35,041 nucleotides of DNA. Source: Deltaproteobacteria bacterium. Lineage in GTDB: Bacteria > Desulfobacterota > Desulfobaccia > Desulfobaccales > 0-14-0-80-60-11. A program made the translations under genes and the position numbers. Position 1 is the first letter of the stretch, and the number at the start of each line of letters is the position of its first letter. Positions 32,029 through 35,041 of this stretch are shown piece after piece. The notes beneath the pieces are model-generated. The model searched no databases. It worked only from the letters and a program-made list of their open reading frames with translations, and was not told the DNA's origin. The stretch spans positions 1 through 35,041 of the forward strand of contig VGSO01000002.1 of NCBI GenBank assembly GCA_016874945.1, in the 5' to 3' direction.

Positions 32029-34026
32029 ATGACCGAAAACCGAAGACCGAAAACCGAAAACCTGCGCATCGGCATCGACACCGGCGGCACCTTCACCGAC
32101 TTCGTCTGCCTGGGGGAAGGGGAGGGGAGGGTGTATAAAACTCCCTCCACCCCCCAGGCCCCCCTGCAAGCCATTTCAACGGGCCTAAAGGAACTCTGCC
32201 CCCAAGGCCTGGACGGGGTGGAAGTGGTCCACGGCACCACGGTGGGGACCAACGCCTTCCTGGAGCGGCGGGGGGCCCGGGTGGTCCTGCTGACCACCGC
32301 CGGGTTTGAAGACGTGCTCTTCATTGGCCGCCAGGTGCGCCGGGAGCTTTTTAACTTGCAGGTGGAAAAAGCCCCGGAGATTATCCCCCGGGAAATGGTT
32401 CTGGGGGTGGCGGAGCGCCTGGGTCCGGACGGCAGAGTGGAGAAACCTTTAACCGCAGATGAGCTTTCCCGGGTGCGGCAATGGGTTAAGGAGCAAAACC
32501 CCGAAGCCGTGGCCATCTGCCTGCTTCATGCTTACGCCAATCCGGAGCACGAAGAGCGCCTGGCCGCGGCGCTTTCCGATTTGGGAATCCCCATGTCCCT
32601 TTCCAGCCGGGTGCTGCCGGAGTTTCGGGAATATGAGCGCGCCTGCGCCACGGTTATCAACTCTTACCTTTGGCCCGTTTTGAATCGTTATCTGGCGGAT
32701 TGGTCCCGGAACTTCCCCGGCGTGCCCCTGTTCATCCAGCAGTCCAACGGCGGATTCCTCCCCGGGGACCGGGCCGCGGCCCTGGCCCTGCACACCGTGC
32801 TATCCGGACCCGCGGGGGGAGTTTACGGGGCCCTGCGCCTGGGGCGGGAATTGGGGGAGGCCAACCTTTTGACCCTGGATATGGGGGGAACTTCCACCGA
32901 CGTGGCCCTGGTGGCCGGGGAGATCCCCTTCACGGGGGAGTATGCCCTGGAAGATTATCCCCTGGGGCTCCCGGTGATGGATATTCACACCGTGGGGGCC
33001 GGGGGCGGGTCCATCGCCTTTAAGGACCGGAGCGGCGCCCTAAGGGTGGGACCCCGGAGCGCCGGGGCCGATCCCGGCCCGGTATGTTACGGCAAGGCCG
33101 GGGAACTTACGGTCACCGACGCTCAGCTCTTTTTGGGGCGGATTAGGCCGGAATCCTTTCTGGGCGGCCGCATGGCCCTGAACCGGGAAGCCGTGGTCCG
33201 GGCCATGAGCCGCCTGGCCGGGGAACTGAGGGTGTCCCCGGTGGAACTGGCCTTAGGCGTAATCCGGGTGGCCAACAGCCATATGGCCAAGGCCCTCCAG
33301 GCGGTGAGCCTGGAGCGGGGCCTGGACCCCCGGGATTTTACCCTCTTTTGCTTCGGCGGGGCCGGGGGCCTGCACGTCTGCGAACTGGCGGAAGACCTGG
33401 AAATCCGCCGCGTCCTCATCCCGGCCCAGGCCGGGGTGTTGTCGGCCTGGGGGACGGCCCTGGCGGGCTTTCGCCGGGATTTTTCCCGCACCTTGCTGCT
33501 AAGCGGCCCCCGCCTGACCTGGGAGCATCTGGAACGGGAGCGCCAGGTTCTGGAAGCCCAGGGGAGCGCGGAACTGGTCGCGGAAGGGCAGGACCTCTCC
33601 ACCCTGGCCGTGGCCGGAGAGCTGGACCTGCGCTACCGGGGTCAGAGCTACACTTTGAAGACCCCGTTAACCCCTGGTTTTTTGGAGGAATTCCACCGGC
33701 GGCACCGCCTCCTTTACGGCCACGCCTTCCCGGACCGGGAAGTGGAGGCCGTGGTGCTGCGCCTCTTTTTCCAGGGGCCTGAATACTGCGGAAATTTGCC
33801 GAAATTGCAGCCGGTGGCCGCCTCCCGGGTGCGCCTGCCCCGGGAAGGGGAGGTGTGGCTGCCCCAGGGGCCGGTGACCGCGCCCTTTTATTACCGCCCG
33901 GAATTGGCGCCGGGAACAGCCATTCAAGGGCCGGCCCTGGTCCTGGACGACTATGCCACCCTGTTGGTGTTGCCCGGCTTCCGGGGAGAAGTGCTGGACC
34001 AGGGGCACTTGCTGCTAAGGCGCTGA
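32029..34026 (+). CDS. hydantoinase/oxoprolinase family protein (HyuA-like, A subunit type)
   Basis: RIGIDTGGTFTDFV...VVHGTTVGTNAFLERRGA...LTLDMGGTSTDVAL...HTVGAGGGSIA are the ASKHA-fold motifs of the hydantoinase A family. I moved the start to ATG 32029; residues 2-11 are then encoded by a heptamer repeat. Confidence 0.85.
   Translation: MTENRRPKTENLRIGIDTGGTFTDFVCLGEGEGRVYKTPSTPQAPLQAISTGLKELCPQGLDGVEVVHGTTVGTNAFLERRGARVVLLTTAGFEDVLFIGRQVRRELFNLQVEKAPEIIPREMVLGVAERLGPDGRVEKPLTADELSRVRQWVKEQNPEAVAICLLHAYANPEHEERLAAALSDLGIPMSLSSRVLPEFREYERACATVINSYLWPVLNRYLADWSRNFPGVPLFIQQSNGGFLPGDRAAALALHTVLSGPAGGVYGALRLGRELGEANLLTLDMGGTSTDVALVAGEIPFTGEYALEDYPLGLPVMDIHTVGAGGGSIAFKDRSGALRVGPRSAGADPGPVCYGKAGELTVTDAQLFLGRIRPESFLGGRMALNREAVVRAMSRLAGELRVSPVELALGVIRVANSHMAKALQAVSLERGLDPRDFTLFCFGGAGGLHVCELAEDLEIRRVLIPAQAGVLSAWGTALAGFRRDFSRTLLLSGPRLTWEHLERERQVLEAQGSAELVAEGQDLSTLAVAGELDLRYRGQSYTLKTPLTPGFLEEFHRRHRLLYGHAFPDREVEAVVLRLFFQGPEYCGNLPKLQPVAASRVRLPREGEVWLPQGPVTAPFYYRPELAPGTAIQGPALVLDDYATLLVLPGFRGEVLDQGHLLLRR
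32032..32062. repeat. heptanucleotide tandem repeat (ACCGAAA x4) at the 5' end of the hydantoinase gene
   Basis: accgaaa accgaag accgaaa accgaaa acc, directly after the ATG at 32029. If translated it reads TENRRPKTEN. Confidence 0.8.
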
Positions 34027-34333
34027 GGTGAAACAAAAAATTGAATTGACGGGTTGGCGGGAGCGACTTTTTTGACTGAAAATTTATCATTAATTCCAGG
34101 TCGATACCCATTTTAGGGCGGTACGCCCCCAGGATGGTATAAATTCTTGAACCGAAGGAACACGCGGTAAACTAAAGAATATTTTGTAACTTGATGGAAT
34201 AACTATAATTAATTAATATTGGCACAATTTAGCACGGTTATTGCAACATAATAAAGCAGTATATGGACCCCTATTAAGGTACCCACATCCCCCCCTTAAT
34301 CAAAGTTCATATACCATTTTCTCCTTTCACCTG

Positions 34334-34369
34334 TTGGCCGGGTTCCTCCCCCACCCGGCCAATTTTTTT
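34334..34369 (+). terminator. rho-independent terminator (+ strand)
   Basis: TTGGCCGGGT-tcctccccc-ACCCGGCCAA, a perfect 10-bp stem followed by T7 (34363-34369). The U tract exists only on the + strand. Confidence 0.7.
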
Positions 34370-34418
34370 GTCTTGACTGGATCGCCGACTTCCCAAAACT
34401 GCTTCGCCTGGGGAAGCT

Positions 34419-34793
34419 TTAAAGCAATGGAAGGAGTTTTTGCCGCAATCTGCCAGCAATTTCCAAGGCCTGGGCGGCCTCTTCCTTTTCCGCCGACTCG
34501 CCGGGATACCTAAAGGTCACGGCGGCTCTGGTCAGAAAGCGCAGTTCTTCCACCGGCCAAGACCATTGGGGGCAGACCGGCGCTAAAAACTGGTCCAGGT
34601 AGGCCAGGTCATGGGTTTTGGTGGGATTAACCCCCAGGTGAATAAGCGGAGCCTTCATCAACTTTTCGATGCATTGTTGAGCATGAAAACAAACTGCATC
34701 ATAGTTGGGCTCATCCTCAGCCCTCATTTCTCTGCCGGCGGTGGCAAAGTCCTTTTCCGCCTTATCTATCCATTCTTTAACCGTGGCGGTCAT
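34419..34793 (-). CDS. HEPN domain protein (toxin component of an MNT/HEPN module)
   Basis: 124 aa. WIDKAEKDFATAG...YDAVCFHAQQCIEKLMKA...THDLAYL is the classic HEPN helical pattern. The start overlaps the upstream MNT gene by 17 nt. Confidence 0.85.
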   Translation of the reverse strand: MTATVKEWIDKAEKDFATAGREMRAEDEPNYDAVCFHAQQCIEKLMKAPLIHLGVNPTKTHDLAYLDQFLAPVCPQWSWPVEELRFLTRAAVTFRYPGESAEKEEAAQALEIAGRLRQKLLPLL

Positions 34794-35041
34794 ATAGCAC
34801 CTTGCCGCGGTCCAGGGCTTCCCGGATCAGGGGGTCGCCTTCCCGATAGCGGCGCTCGGTGTCATCGGGGCGCCGGGCCAGCAGGTCGATGGGGAAGCGG
34901 GGATTGGTGCGGTTCAAGATTTCCGGGGACTTGGTAATATTTTTGCCTTCAAAGGGGAGGATCACCAACAAATCCAAATCGGAATCCGGGGTAGACTGGC
35001 CGGATGCATAGGAACCGAAGAGGATAATCTTATCCGGCTGG
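34777..35041 (-). CDS. minimal nucleotidyltransferase (MNT, antitoxin-type), 5' end outside the window
   Basis: Reading the - strand from the window edge gives QPDKIILFGSYASGQSTPDSDLDLLVILPFEG..., which contains the GSxxxGx(n)SDxD pol-beta nucleotidyltransferase motif. The ORF-track Met at 34977 is an internal TTG, so the gene is truncated by the window. Confidence 0.85.
   Translation of the reverse strand, partial: QPDKIILFGSYASGQSTPDSDLDLLVILPFEGKNITKSPEILNRTNPRFPIDLLARRPDDTERRYREGDPLIREALDRGKVLYDRHG

Noticed and set aside
6624-32062. Whether the short tandem repeats could be CRISPR arrays.
   Set aside because: The units are 7 nt and directly abutting, with no spacers. Each array is under 35 bp. 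No cas genes are present.
34221-34246. Sigma54-type promoter (TGGCAC...TTGCA) in the AT-rich spacer.
   Set aside because: tGGcacaatttaGCa has a GG-to-GC spacing of 9 rather than 10 nt. The correctly spaced alternative tAGcacggttattGCa lacks the near-invariant GG. This is not convincing without data.
1-35041. tRNA, rRNA, tmRNA, integrase, transposase or prophage genes.
   Set aside because: Reading intergenic regions on both strands, I recognised none. A tRNA or Rfam scan would be needed to exclude small RNAs formally.

Overview
GC-rich window that looks bacterial, probably from an anaerobic Desulfobacterota-like organism (my inference from gene content, not verified). Gene order: (1) an RND efflux operon on the + strand, OMF lipoprotein, then MFP adaptor, then AcrB-like pump (442-6461). 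(2) A ~13.4 kb co-directional redox cluster (6768-20109) that mixes formylmethanofuran-dehydrogenase-like subunits (FwdB-like, FwdA-like, small Fe-S protein, polyferredoxin) with heterodisulfide-reductase-like subunits (HdrC-like, a tandem double HdrA, an HdrA-MvhD fusion, a third HdrA). It has no HdrB, FwdC, FwdD or obvious electron-donor enzyme. I rank this as the best candidate for an undescribed system. (3) An accessory stretch: an exported Cys-rich protein, a Pat-like acyl-CoA-synthetase/GNAT fusion, Cu/Zn superoxide dismutase, a heparinase II/III-like exported protein, and a decayed SBBP-repeat gene with a poly-G frameshift. (4) A zur-znuA-znuC-znuB zinc uptake locus on the - strand with two candidate Zur operators. 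(5) An orphan hydantoinase-A-like gene. (6) An MNT/HEPN toxin-antitoxin pair that runs off the right edge. The intergenic DNA is unusually rich in short dispersed repeats: heptanucleotide tandem repeats at 11 loci, a GTTCCC-type hairpin family, GC-rich hairpins, and a 50-bp element present at both ends of the window in inverted orientation. I saw no rRNA, tRNA, CRISPR array, transposase or integrase. All calls rest on reading the ORF translations and the DNA by eye; no searches were run.
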